The notes below the pieces were generated by a model. That model did no database searches. It was given only the letters and a program-made list of their open reading frames with translations, and was not told where the DNA came from. DNA of 64,000 nt. Source: Monocercomonoides exilis PA203 (Eukaryota; Protista; Preaxostyla). Shown one piece after another: positions 1-10,329 of the stretch. Each line of letters starts with the position of its first letter. Positions within the stretch are counted from its first letter, which is position 1. The position numbers and the translations under genes were made by a program. The stretch is from positions 1,426,001-1,490,000 of the forward strand of contig LSRY02000001.1 of assembly GCA_001643675.2 (NCBI GenBank). The letters run 5' to 3'.

Positions 1-306
1 AAATTTGAAAATTTCTTTGTTATTAAAATGAAGCGCTAAAAATAAAAATATGATATGAAAAATGCACACTTTTATAAAGAAGTGTGAAAAAGGTTGAACA
101 TTTGAATTTTCAATTTGCATCAAACAGGTGAACGGTCACAACATTGAATGATCTGAGATCAAACTTATTTAACTTAGATGTGTTTGATGCAAATTAAAAA
201 TTCAAATGTTCAACCTTTTTCACACTTCTTTATAAAAGTGTGCATTTTTCATATCATATTTTTATTTTTAGCGCTTCATTTTAATAACAAAGAAATTTTC
301 AAATTT
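1..306. repeat. Near-perfect inverted repeat (foldback): 126-bp arms at 1-126 and 181-306, 54-bp spacer
   Basis: 181-306 is the reverse complement of 1-126 with one mismatch found (caatttgcat vs atgcaaatta). The left arm runs to the window edge and may extend further. Confidence 0.95.
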
Positions 307-1406
307 ATGTTCGAATGTTGATAAAAAAATGAAATGTGAAAAAATCAAGAAAAAACAAGTTGTTAAACTTCAGATTTTGAAAATAAAAAGGAAAATGCTA
401 GTAGTTTTTAAAAATGTATTTCAAAATTTTGTGAAACGCTTCTTCGGCTGAAAAAAGTCACTTCAAAATAAATAAAAAATTGCTGTATCTCTACGAAAAA
501 TAAACAAAATTTGAAAAACAAACCAGTAATTTTATGTATTTGTTTTATAAACACACTCATCCGAGTGTTGAGGTCTGTCTAGTTTTTTTGAATGATTGGC
601 ATGCAAAATCAAAAAAAGTGCCAATAAAGAAAAAAATCCCATTAAAAAGTTGACCCTAAATGAAAAAAGAATGAATAAAAATATTTTTTCGAAGGAAAAG
701 AAAATATTGAGACATTTCGATAAAGTTTGATTTTTCATCATTTATGTTTTTTTTAAAAAATGAAGATTTCACTTCTGACTTCAAAAAAGAAGAATGACCG
801 TTCATAAAATATACAAACATTGAAAATAATAATGAATATAGACAATATGTGATGAACAAATTATCATTTAAAAAGAGTTGTTGTTTGAAAATAAAATGAG
901 AGAAAAATGGTTGATTTGCAAATATGAACAGAATCATTGTTGAAGAGAGCAACGATATTACATAATATAAACATGGAATTACACAAAACGAAAAATGAAA
1001 AAATGATAAAATTTTTAAGGTGTTTCTCATTGCACTGAAAATTGAAAATGCTGATTATTCAAAATAAAAACACAGAAAAAGAAATGAATAACTAAAACCT
1101 TTCAAACATCACTGAAAAACAAAATTAAAATCAAAAATGAAACAGCTGTATTGATTTATGTTCTCGCCCTTCATGCAGAAGCGGATAAAAACTGAAAAAT
1201 ACGTCTGAATCGAACATTTAACCACTCTGATTTCATTTTTCGCTCCCTCATTTGAATGCACATCTTTCAAAATAAGCGTTGACTTGAAAGCATTCAAAGC
1301 ATCTTTCCCAGTGTGTTGACAAATGTTAACAATGCAAAGTAGTTCTTGCGATTGCATTAATGAAGCCAGAATATGGAACAACTGCTGCTCAAAGAACAAC
1401 TCAGTC

Positions 1407-4400
1407 TCACTGCATGTCTGAGATGAACGAGGCACTCACAACTTTTGAGTCTTCGGTGTAATCGATTGCATCTGACACAGTCACCATCGTGGCACCAGTC
1501 GGAAAGTGTTGGAAAAACTCGCGCTTCATCACAAACAGCGACGGGCGATCGTCCTTGTTCTGCGCCACTGCCGATCTCACCAGGCCACAGAATGTCGTGC
1601 CTTCGATTTCCGACATGTCCGGCCTTTCACCATTTTTGATTTTCTGCCCTGCCACCTCGGTCTCATACTCCCCAAACGGAATCTCCAATGTCAAGCACTC
1701 CCACAGCATCATCCCAATTGAAAAGGCAACTGACTTCTTTTTCGCTCCCATATTCTTGTTGATCAACAGTTCTGGTGCTTTCCATCTCAAGCACTCTTTT
1801 TTGAAAAGTTCCTCATCCTCAAACGCTGATGAGGGAAGGGAGTCACTATCATCATCGCCATCATCGTCACTGGCATATGTCACAACTGTTGATGATGAGA
1901 CGGATGATGAGTCTGAACTATCATCCGATGAGAAGTCTGAATGCATGACAATGCAGATGACCATGTGTTCAGAAAACAACACAATGTGTGAACTGAGATT
2001 TGCAAGAGATGAGAGAGGATTCTCCATTTCATTAAATGAATGAAGTGCAAGATTGGCCACCCAGAACAGGATCTGGGCAGCTGTTTGCTCCCTTTCCTTC
2101 AAGGAGCCAATTGCCATCTCCTTTGTCTTGTTCTTTCCATGAAGAAGCATGAACAGTGAATCCCTCAGATCCACAATCAACTTCTCATGTGGAGATGAAC
2201 AGGCCATCGCATCCACCAGATTCGACATCGATGAAGTGGTGGGACACAGATCCTCCCCACGAACAAATGTTGAATCTGAATCAGTTGTAGAAGTGGTGGA
2301 AGTGGATGAAATGGATGGTGAAGGAGATATCTTTCGGATCTCTTCTTCCTCCTCCTTTTCCAACACCCAATCAGGGATCTTATCTGAATCTTTCCCCAAG
2401 ATGTATTCTGTCGATCCGCTCTCACTCAACAAATGCTCTGATGACTCTGAATGTTCCATATTAGTCTCATATATTCTCTTCTTGATCCTCTCATCATTCT
2501 TTTTCTCTGCCTCTCTCTCTGCTCTCCTCCACTGCGCCTCAGGCGACATCTCCATCGTCACCATCTCAAATGCCTTCGGATCCTTTTTGATATTATCATC
2601 AACAATCTCCTTGTATTTTTTCGCTTCTTCTTTTGAATTTCTCCATCGAATTGCCAATATTATTGATACAATGAGAACAATCAACAATAAAACAACAAGC
2701 ACAATCACAATCAATAACCAATAAGATTTTCCTTCTTTTCCTCCTTCCACCACTTTATCATTTCCAGTCTTTGGTTCTGTTTTGTTCTTCAGAATCTGTG
2801 AAGAAGTGGATGCCAATCGCTTCCCAAACAGAATCATCACTGACACCTCTGTTTCATTTCCAATATTTGAAATTTTTTCTGATGGAACTCTTCCAATCAC
2901 TTTTGTTTCTGATACAAAACTGCCTTTCTCAAATGGATATATCTCAACCAACTCCACATCCCCCGTTTTAAATATCAATCTGAATGACAAGTCACAAGGC
3001 ACAAAAAGGGATCCCTTGAATTTCAAAACATCACTGCTGCCATTTTCATTCACTGAAACATCTTCCAGTCTGGGAATGAAAAATGGAGATGACCTTTCTC
3101 CTGCTATCCCTCTCAAATCACATCCATCGTTCAAAATCCAAAGAGAAGAATTTTGCATCAATCCATCTCCACCTTTCAAGCTGGAAATGGTTAATGATGC
3201 TGAATCCGAACAAATGATGTTTCTTCTCACTGATGGATATCCTTCAATTGATGGATTGTTGTTCAAAAACTCCCCTTTCTCAATCGTCACATCGCATGAA
3301 GACACTGACAATCCACCTGATGAAGCATCAGAAATAATCACATCCTTCATCATCAATGAAGAATTCGCTGAGTGAACAAGTGATCCATTCCATTTGCATA
3401 TTTCTTCAAAATTATTATTTCTCTCTTTTCCCACTTCTTTTGCAGGAACTCCAATAAATTGACATGAATCAATAAAAACATCTTTTGCATTGTTAATCTC
3501 CATAATACTTCCTTTATCAGAGAGAGAATCACAGTTTGAACAGGAACAGTTTGAAAGAACGATTTGAGAAGAAGTTGAAGAAACGGAAAGGACAGAAGCT
3601 CCTTTTGAATTCCTCGAACAGTTGTTGAATGAGGAGATTCCAATAGAAACTGTTCCTGATGACAAATCGTTTATCGCAATAACGCAACCTTCAGATAATT
3701 TCACTCCATCTGTAGATATTCCATTAAATACAACACTTCCACAATCACCAATCTCAAATACATCTGTTGTTGATTCAAGTTGTTCCAGTTTCACATTTGC
3801 GATTGATACCTCATCTCCATTTAACAAAAACGAAGGCTTCTTGAATGAAAGCATTGATATTGAGCAGTTGTCAACATGAAGAATTCCACTTTTGATGCTC
3901 AACAATGTTGAATTGAGAACAACAGATTCAATGTTTTCTGATTGGCCAACAGAAGAGAAATCAACAAATGAAAGAGAAAGTATTCCATTTGCTTCATGAA
4001 TAATAGAATTGCCTGAATATGAAAATAACTGACCAAAATTGAATTTCACGCTTTCGATCCTTACTTTTTCTGAGGTTGTGATAATACTTTCCTCGTTGGT
4101 TATTGTTGAGCTCAGATGCACCAAAGCAGCTGAGGGAGATTGCAATGAGCGGATGGTCACATCATGAACATCACATTTCCCAACAACTTCTGTTTGATCC
4201 AAGATTAGCAGCTGTGAGTACAGAGATGGAATGATGTGCTGAATTCCAAAGCTCAATGAGTGGCATGGCGTGTCGAACTCTCCACATTGCTTGTTATCTT
4301 CGTGACTTTCAGAAACAGAAGACACAAATATCGTCTCGCTCTGGTATTTCACAACTCTCAGCAGAAGATCTTCTTCCCCCACAAACGCGTCGGTTGTGCA

Positions 4401-7400
4401 GCCCCATATTGCCAGATTTTTCACAAATGGTGCTCTGAAATCCAACAAGAATTGCTCGTCAATTATTTGTGTTTCGATTGAGTGGCATCTCACATACACA
4501 TCTCTCCCTCTGAATGCAGAGTTGTCTCGGAACGTGATATTCGACAGCACAAAATTCAGAGACTGTTCAGCTGCCGAGGTTCCTTCCAGAAACAGCCACC
4601 CACCTCTTCCTGTGCTCGAGCAGAAGCACTCGGAAATCGTGCAAAATGAGCACTCAAAACTTCCTCCCTCATTCAACTCACAAAACATCCCTCCTCCATT
4701 TCCACACTTCAACCCTCCGCATCTCTTCATCGTTGTGTTCCGAATCACTATTTTCAATGGCTCATCATTTTCATTTCGAATGATCGAGATGTTTTCTGTT
4801 GTGTCTTGGATGACTTCTTCAAACAAACTCCACTCAATAACAATGTTTTGTTCCTCTTCATTTGTCTCTCTTCTTGAACTCTTTGATATGCTCAATCCGC
4901 TTGCCCCATCCAGCTCAATATTCTTCATCGTCAGATTCTTCACATTCAGCACTGTTGTCGACAACACAGAAATAACATCCTGCGAAAAGCTCAACAATTG
5001 CATCGTCACCAATTCCAACATAACCTTGCCTCCATCTGCTTTGATCAGTTTATAATTAATTATGTACTCTCCATTTTCTTCATTTTTTGTGAACGAACAA
5101 TCTTTCACAGTCAACAATCCTTCAGTTGATCCAACATGCATCAAAACATTCACACCACTTGCGAATGAAGATGGAATCACAAACTTGATCAGCTCGAAAC
5201 TGGTAATGCCACAAATCTTCATTGCTGCTCCTTCTGCTCCTTCAAGCGATGAGACACATTCCAATGAGCACATGCTGCTCTCATCAGATTTCACTGATAT
5301 TCCACTCACATCAACACTTTTCTGAAGAATTCCATTTCCAATGATGCTGATAATCCTCTCGTTTCCTTCTGGCAATCGATCCAATGAATAATCAATTGAC
5401 AGACAAGGATAATCTGAAAGACCACAAATGCACACATCTTTTCCATCATCACTGACAACTATCTCTGAGCCAAAGGTTCGCCAAAAATAGATCAATGGAA
5501 TGGCATTCGTTGAATCATTTCCATCAAAGCCACTCAAAGAATCCAATGAAATATCAGCAAGATGCCCAGATACAAATGGAAGAGAGGTGTTTGTGATGCT
5601 CTTTGTCAAGTTTGGCGATTCAACAAACAGGTCATTTCCATATGTCGCAATATTTGGCTTGTCTGCCTCAAAAACAGGGGATGAGATCACAAATGAAGAA
5701 TCATCATCAATCAGCTTCAGTGCCATCCCTCCCCCAAACCCAATCTTCCGTTCTTCTGCTGGAGCTGTGCATCCTGTGAATGTGCACGAAATAATATCCA
5801 TTTGAATGCTCCCTTTCAATTGAGCATCAATGGCACCTCCCCTGCTTTCGTCAGCAAGTACAGAGCATTCATCAAATTCACATTCTTCAATATTTATTTC
5901 TGCATTTGTATTTTCATCATCGCTGTTGTCAATGCTCACACACCCTCCACTTCCAGCAGTTCTTTTGATTTTTGTGAAATTGCTGTTCGTCATGTTCAAC
6001 CACTGAGTGCTTGTTAACTCGGAATATGAACTGCTTCCAGACAATGAGATCAATGGATAATCGCTCAAATTTATCGATGAAGCTGAAAATGAATCAATGT
6101 TCAAGATCCCTGACTCAACAGACAAGAACAGAATTGTCAATTCTGATGATGGATTTTGAAGGGAAATCGAACATTGAGAAATGGTCATTGATGATGAAGA
6201 TGACGAAATGAAAGTGGAATGTGATGAAAAAGAAGATGGAAGAGAGAAGATGAGTTTTGATAATTCTGTTTCAACATTTGCTGTTATCATCGATGAATTG
6301 GATGTTGAACTTGAATCAGAGATTGTCCAACCACTTTCATCATCTTTTCCTCTGATTTCATGTTTCTTTTCTTTCAAGTCCAACTCATCACTCATCATAA
6401 TCATTCCATTCACAACAACTTTCTTTGTTCCTGTTTGTCTTGTAAGTGAGTGCTTCATTGTCAAACAAGGGAATTGGACAATTCCACACTGTGAGTGATT
6501 GGATGCCTCAGAATTGCTCACATATATTTCTTCTGGAATAGGGAGGAGATAGATGCACAGAGGAATGGCCACACTGTTGTTTCCATTGTCATATCCTCTC
6601 ACCTTCTCAAGAGTATCCAAAGAGGCTTCCACACATTTGATGTTTTCTGATTTTGCTGTTTCTTCCAGATTGGGTGAAATAACAAAGATGTCGCTTCCCC
6701 ACTTAGCAGTGTTTGTGCCAAATGAGGAAGAAATCTGGAAATCTGGGTTTTCAGTCAACAATCGAAGAAGAATTCCTCCCCCAAGTCCATCTGTTGCTGA
6801 GCAATAGCACCCATCAAAAGATCCACGATTCACTTTCACTTCATTTCCATTCCCTGCACATAGCATCATCGATCCCCCATCAGCCGATGTTCTGCTTCCA
6901 CATCTTTCAAAAGTGCTCGAATTCACATCAATGTTTGCCTTGTTATTCGAAAACGACATCACTGCTGCTCCGCTCATTGTTCTCTCAATCCCATCAAAGG
7001 CGCACTCTGAAAGTGTCAATGAAATCTCATTTGTTGAAGAAAGCGAAATCAATGAATTTGTGGAAATCGTCTTTGCCCAGTTCACATGTTCCATCTGAAA
7101 CATCCCATTCTGGACATTTATCAGTTCTGTCGAAAATGCTGTTTCTGTTGATTGTACGCTCCCAAAAGATATGTTCAGTCGGCTGATCCTCATTTCTCCT
7201 GCTCCACTTATCTCAAACATCCTTGACCCACGGTTATTCGGATGTGACGAGTCATACACGAGAACAAAGTCCCTGGCAGTCAATGTGCCTGTCGAGACTG
7301 AAAATAGAGACAACCCAGATGCTTCAAATTCTGTATGGATTGCTGTGCTCATATTGCTTTGACCATAAACAGTAAAACTGTCTGCTCCACAATCAAAACT

Positions 7401-9155
7401 GTTTGTTTCGATTATTGTTCCTGAAAAAACTTCGATTGCAGTCACATATCCTGGAATAAGTTGAGTCAAACAATGGCTGATAGTGCCGCATGGATGAGAT
7501 TCATTTATTCCACATGCAAATGCATCTTTGGCGTTCGGCTGGGTTTCAATTGAAGAAACAAATCTCACTCTGCCACCTTCATTACGAAGCCATTCACTAT
7601 GATCAGTAATTGTATTGAAATTAGCACTATCTGTGATGACCCTATTTATTGTTTCGGTGGTTGAATAGCAACTGGGATCAATGTTGTTTGCTGAAGAGTC
7701 TTGAAGAATTATGTCATGTCCACAAACCACGCATGTGTTATTATGGAAAAAACAATAAAAAAATAAAATTCCATTGTTATTTTCATTCACTTGTTGATAA
7801 ACAGCTCCCCCTCCACACATTGAAAAGCAATTACAAAATAGACAGTTTGATATAATAACTTGATCTGTACACTTCCAATGCTCAATAGCACCCCCAGCGG
7901 ATGATCTCTGATGATTTGCTTGGCAAGATTCAAAATACGAATTGATAATGCAACGTTTCTGTCTTTGAGTTTTCGTTGGACAAAAACAAATTGCTCCTCC
8001 ATCGTTTCCCGAAGAACAATTTTGAAAAGAGCAATCATCAACAATTGGTTGAACATAGATGTTTTCGATCATGATTCCACCTCCCCCGCAGTCTGTGGTT
8101 GCTTCAGCAGAACATTGAGCAAATGAGGAATGAAGAACAATGCATTCTGCAATTTTCAAAGCGTAAATACCTCCTCCTCTTGTTGATGAAGCACTGCATC
8201 TTGTGAATGAAGAATTCTCAACAGTGAGAATGGCACTTGCGTTGTCATGAACATAAAGAGCTCCTCCTTGTGGTGCTGTACAATCTTCCCATTCACACAA
8301 TGAAAAGGATTGGCTTTCCGTTGAATTAATTTGTCCCTTTTTCTGAAGAGCATTCATTTCTCTTTTCCCAAAGTTTATTGTCATATTTTTGCAGATGAAT
8401 TCATGTGAAGAATATGACCCTCCTGAGATCCCTCCTTCAAAGACATTCACACACGAATAAATGAGACAGTTCTCTATTGAACTTCGAAAACATGAATGTT
8501 CCACATAATGATCGCTATTCGCGGCATATTTCACAGACATGTTCCTGAAGGCACAATTAATGATCTGTTCAATTTTGCTCTTTCCTGATAACAGGAAATT
8601 GTCTGAAGATGAGACAGCCAGATCAGTAATGATGGAATTTCTCAAAGCTACCGAATTTGAATCGTCAGATGAAAATATGAGACTGGACGGATTAAGACTC
8701 TTTGGGGGGATCAAACTCAAATTCACCATGCTAATTGACCCACTTTGCAAAACAAAGGGAGATTCCGATTTTTGGTGGAAAATGCACGAATCAATCAAAG
8801 TGGCTGATTTGTCAGAAATTCGCATTGATGGCGACAACGTATATTCAAATACTATACTTTTCAGTCCAACTGAAGAATTGGCAAATGTGAAAAATGTGCC
8901 AATTACTGAAGAAATTCCTGAATGCAAAACTTTCATTTCTAATTTATTTCTCTGTTGAAACAAGGAACAAATATTGTTATTTGAGGAATAAAGCTTATCT
9001 TCTGGCACAACTCCATAAGGATAATTATAAAATTTGTAAGAAATAAAAGTTTTCCAATCATTGTGCTTTTTCAATGTGGCAATTCCAATTTTGTCTTGTC
9101 CATTCAACGCTTTTGTCAGGAAAAGAAATGCCAAAAGAAACAAATGCAAGCTCAT
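1407..9155 (-). CDS. Giant intronless type-I membrane protein (2582 aa): signal peptide, beta-helix-like ectodomain with CG..PC modules, one TM, Ser/acidic tail and a protein-kinase-like C-lobe remnant
   Basis: Hydrophobic N-terminus MSLHLFLLAFLFL; GGA(L/I)/FxxC repeats; four CG-x4/5-PC modules; TM YWLLIVIVLVVLLLIVLIVSIILAIRW; C-terminal LRWKAPELL, FSIGMMLWECLTLEIPF, GERP, RPS resemble TK/TKL subdomains VIII-XI. Confidence 0.9.
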   Translation of the reverse strand: MSLHLFLLAFLFLTKALNGQDKIGIATLKKHNDWKTFISYKFYNYPYGVVPEDKLYSSNNNICSLFQQRNKLEMKVLHSGISSVIGTFFTFANSSVGLKSIVFEYTLSPSMRISDKSATLIDSCIFHQKSESPFVLQSGSISMVNLSLIPPKSLNPSSLIFSSDDSNSVALRNSIITDLAVSSSDNFLLSGKSKIEQIINCAFRNMSVKYAANSDHYVEHSCFRSSIENCLIYSCVNVFEGGISGGSYSSHEFICKNMTINFGKREMNALQKKGQINSTESQSFSLCEWEDCTAPQGGALYVHDNASAILTVENSSFTRCSASSTRGGGIYALKIAECIVLHSSFAQCSAEATTDCGGGGIMIENIYVQPIVDDCSFQNCSSGNDGGAICFCPTKTQRQKRCIINSYFESCQANHQRSSAGGAIEHWKCTDQVIISNCLFCNCFSMCGGGAVYQQVNENNNGILFFYCFFHNNTCVVCGHDIILQDSSANNIDPSCYSTTETINRVITDSANFNTITDHSEWLRNEGGRVRFVSSIETQPNAKDAFACGINESHPCGTISHCLTQLIPGYVTAIEVFSGTIIETNSFDCGADSFTVYGQSNMSTAIHTEFEASGLSLFSVSTGTLTARDFVLVYDSSHPNNRGSRMFEISGAGEMRISRLNISFGSVQSTETAFSTELINVQNGMFQMEHVNWAKTISTNSLISLSSTNEISLTLSECAFDGIERTMSGAAVMSFSNNKANIDVNSSTFERCGSRTSADGGSMMLCAGNGNEVKVNRGSFDGCYCSATDGLGGGILLRLLTENPDFQISSSFGTNTAKWGSDIFVISPNLEETAKSENIKCVEASLDTLEKVRGYDNGNNSVAIPLCIYLLPIPEEIYVSNSEASNHSQCGIVQFPCLTMKHSLTRQTGTKKVVVNGMIMMSDELDLKEKKHEIRGKDDESGWTISDSSSTSNSSMITANVETELSKLIFSLPSSFSSHSTFISSSSSSMTISQCSISLQNPSSELTILFLSVESGILNIDSFSASSINLSDYPLISLSGSSSYSELTSTQWLNMTNSNFTKIKRTAGSGGCVSIDNSDDENTNAEINIEECEFDECSVLADESRGGAIDAQLKGSIQMDIISCTFTGCTAPAEERKIGFGGGMALKLIDDDSSFVISSPVFEADKPNIATYGNDLFVESPNLTKSITNTSLPFVSGHLADISLDSLSGFDGNDSTNAIPLIYFWRTFGSEIVVSDDGKDVCICGLSDYPCLSIDYSLDRLPEGNERIISIIGNGILQKSVDVSGISVKSDESSMCSLECVSSLEGAEGAAMKICGITSFELIKFVIPSSFASGVNVLMHVGSTEGLLTVKDCSFTKNEENGEYIINYKLIKADGGKVMLELVTMQLLSFSQDVISVLSTTVLNVKNLTMKNIELDGASGLSISKSSRRETNEEEQNIVIEWSLFEEVIQDTTENISIIRNENDEPLKIVIRNTTMKRCGGLKCGNGGGMFCELNEGGSFECSFCTISECFCSSTGRGGWLFLEGTSAAEQSLNFVLSNITFRDNSAFRGRDVYVRCHSIETQIIDEQFLLDFRAPFVKNLAIWGCTTDAFVGEEDLLLRVVKYQSETIFVSSVSESHEDNKQCGEFDTPCHSLSFGIQHIIPSLYSQLLILDQTEVVGKCDVHDVTIRSLQSPSAALVHLSSTITNEESIITTSEKVRIESVKFNFGQLFSYSGNSIIHEANGILSLSFVDFSSVGQSENIESVVLNSTLLSIKSGILHVDNCSISMLSFKKPSFLLNGDEVSIANVKLEQLESTTDVFEIGDCGSVVFNGISTDGVKLSEGCVIAINDLSSGTVSIGISSFNNCSRNSKGASVLSVSSTSSQIVLSNCSCSNCDSLSDKGSIMEINNAKDVFIDSCQFIGVPAKEVGKERNNNFEEICKWNGSLVHSANSSLMMKDVIISDASSGGLSVSSCDVTIEKGEFLNNNPSIEGYPSVRRNIICSDSASLTISSLKGGDGLMQNSSLWILNDGCDLRGIAGERSSPFFIPRLEDVSVNENGSSDVLKFKGSLFVPCDLSFRLIFKTGDVELVEIYPFEKGSFVSETKVIGRVPSEKISNIGNETEVSVMILFGKRLASTSSQILKNKTEPKTGNDKVVEGGKEGKSYWLLIVIVLVVLLLIVLIVSIILAIRWRNSKEEAKKYKEIVDDNIKKDPKAFEMVTMEMSPEAQWRRAEREAEKKNDERIKKRIYETNMEHSESSEHLLSESGSTEYILGKDSDKIPDWVLEKEEEEEIRKISPSPSISSTSTTSTTDSDSTFVRGEDLCPTTSSMSNLVDAMACSSPHEKLIVDLRDSLFMLLHGKNKTKEMAIGSLKEREQTAAQILFWVANLALHSFNEMENPLSSLANLSSHIVLFSEHMVICIVMHSDFSSDDSSDSSSVSSSTVVTYASDDDGDDDSDSLPSSAFEDEELFKKECLRWKAPELLINKNMGAKKKSVAFSIGMMLWECLTLEIPFGEYETEVAGQKIKNGERPDMSEIEGTTFCGLVRSAVAQNKDDRPSLFVMKREFFQHFPTGATMVTVSDAIDYTEDSKVVSASFISDMQ

Positions 9156-10329
9156 TTGGATGAAAAACTCTTTTGATGAGAAAATTAAAAAATTACATAA
9201 ATGATCAAAATTTCAAAATAAAAAATGATTTCAACAATTGATAGTCAACCAAATAAAAATAAATTAATACCTTTCAAAATATTAGGAATTCATTCAAGGT
9301 CATATAATGGCAATTCCTTTACACAATTGGTTGTCCATCATTAATCCGTATTGATTGAAACATTCATTGTTTTTATTGGTTTACGAAATTGTGATAATTG
9401 AAGTTTAATAATGATAATCAGCATTTATTGAATTTCTGAATGGATATGAAATTGGAGACTTCTTTCATTGAAATACAAGACCCATTCATGATAAAATAAT
9501 CAAAGAAAGTTTTTTGTTTTCAATTCAAACTTTGAAATAATTCCATAATTATATGTTCTTTTTCAAATAAATAATTAGTATTCTTCTCAAAGCAACAAAG
9601 TGATGAATCTTTTTTTATCTCTTGTTCCGATCCTCGTTGAAATTTAATGAAGACAATCTTTCCTTAACTTCCTGTTTTTGTTGTTTCAAGTTTTCATCCA
9701 CCATCTCTATCTTCTTCTCTTCAATCGTGCAATTGCTTTTTCTTCAAAGCTTCCACCAGATCAGATATCATTTCACAAAACAATTCTTCATTCTCTTTTC
9801 AAGTGCACATCAAATTTCTCTCTTCCAACAGAATTCCATTCATTCTTTTTTTTTCCTATTTCTAATTTGTGAAGTGGTTTTGATTGTCATCAAGATTCTG
9901 AAATTGCCTTCTTCTATTTTTGGAGTATTTCAACATCAGTGAAGCTGCTCCAGTTTTGAATAACAATTAAATTAGCAATGCCAGAAATATTATCAGATTC
10001 AATTTTGGATTAAATGAAATTGAATGTTGAACGGCTCAATATTTGTTGAGGCAAGCAATTGAAAAGCGCATTCTTTCTCTTCCTCATTTTTCTTAACATT
10101 ATCAACGGCATCGTTCCCGTATGATTTGTATCATGACTAAGTGAAATAAAAGATCGATTTTGATGGAAAATTTTTTGGTACAAGATTACAAAAAAAATTC
10201 ACAACCCGATTTAAATAAAATAATGCGAATTTTTTCCTCATGTTCTTTAATGGCAAATCTCATATTTATTTAAATCAATTCGATCGTGAACTGCATTTCA
10301 AGCACACAGAATTTTTTTTTGCAGAACTC

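Noticed and set aside
532-1435. Short minus-strand Phe/Leu-rich ORFs
   Set aside because: Typical of AT-rich intergenic or UTR sequence; no recognisable domain.
1445-8958. Many plus-strand ORFs opposite the 2582-aa gene, and similar antisense ORFs over 26-45 kb and 61-63 kb
   Set aside because: Shadow ORFs produced by codon bias and trinucleotide repeats; no independent motifs.
9300-10140. Minus-strand Glu/Lys-rich coding-like stretch
   Set aside because: Multiple stops and no identifiable homology; possibly a decayed gene but not supportable as a feature.
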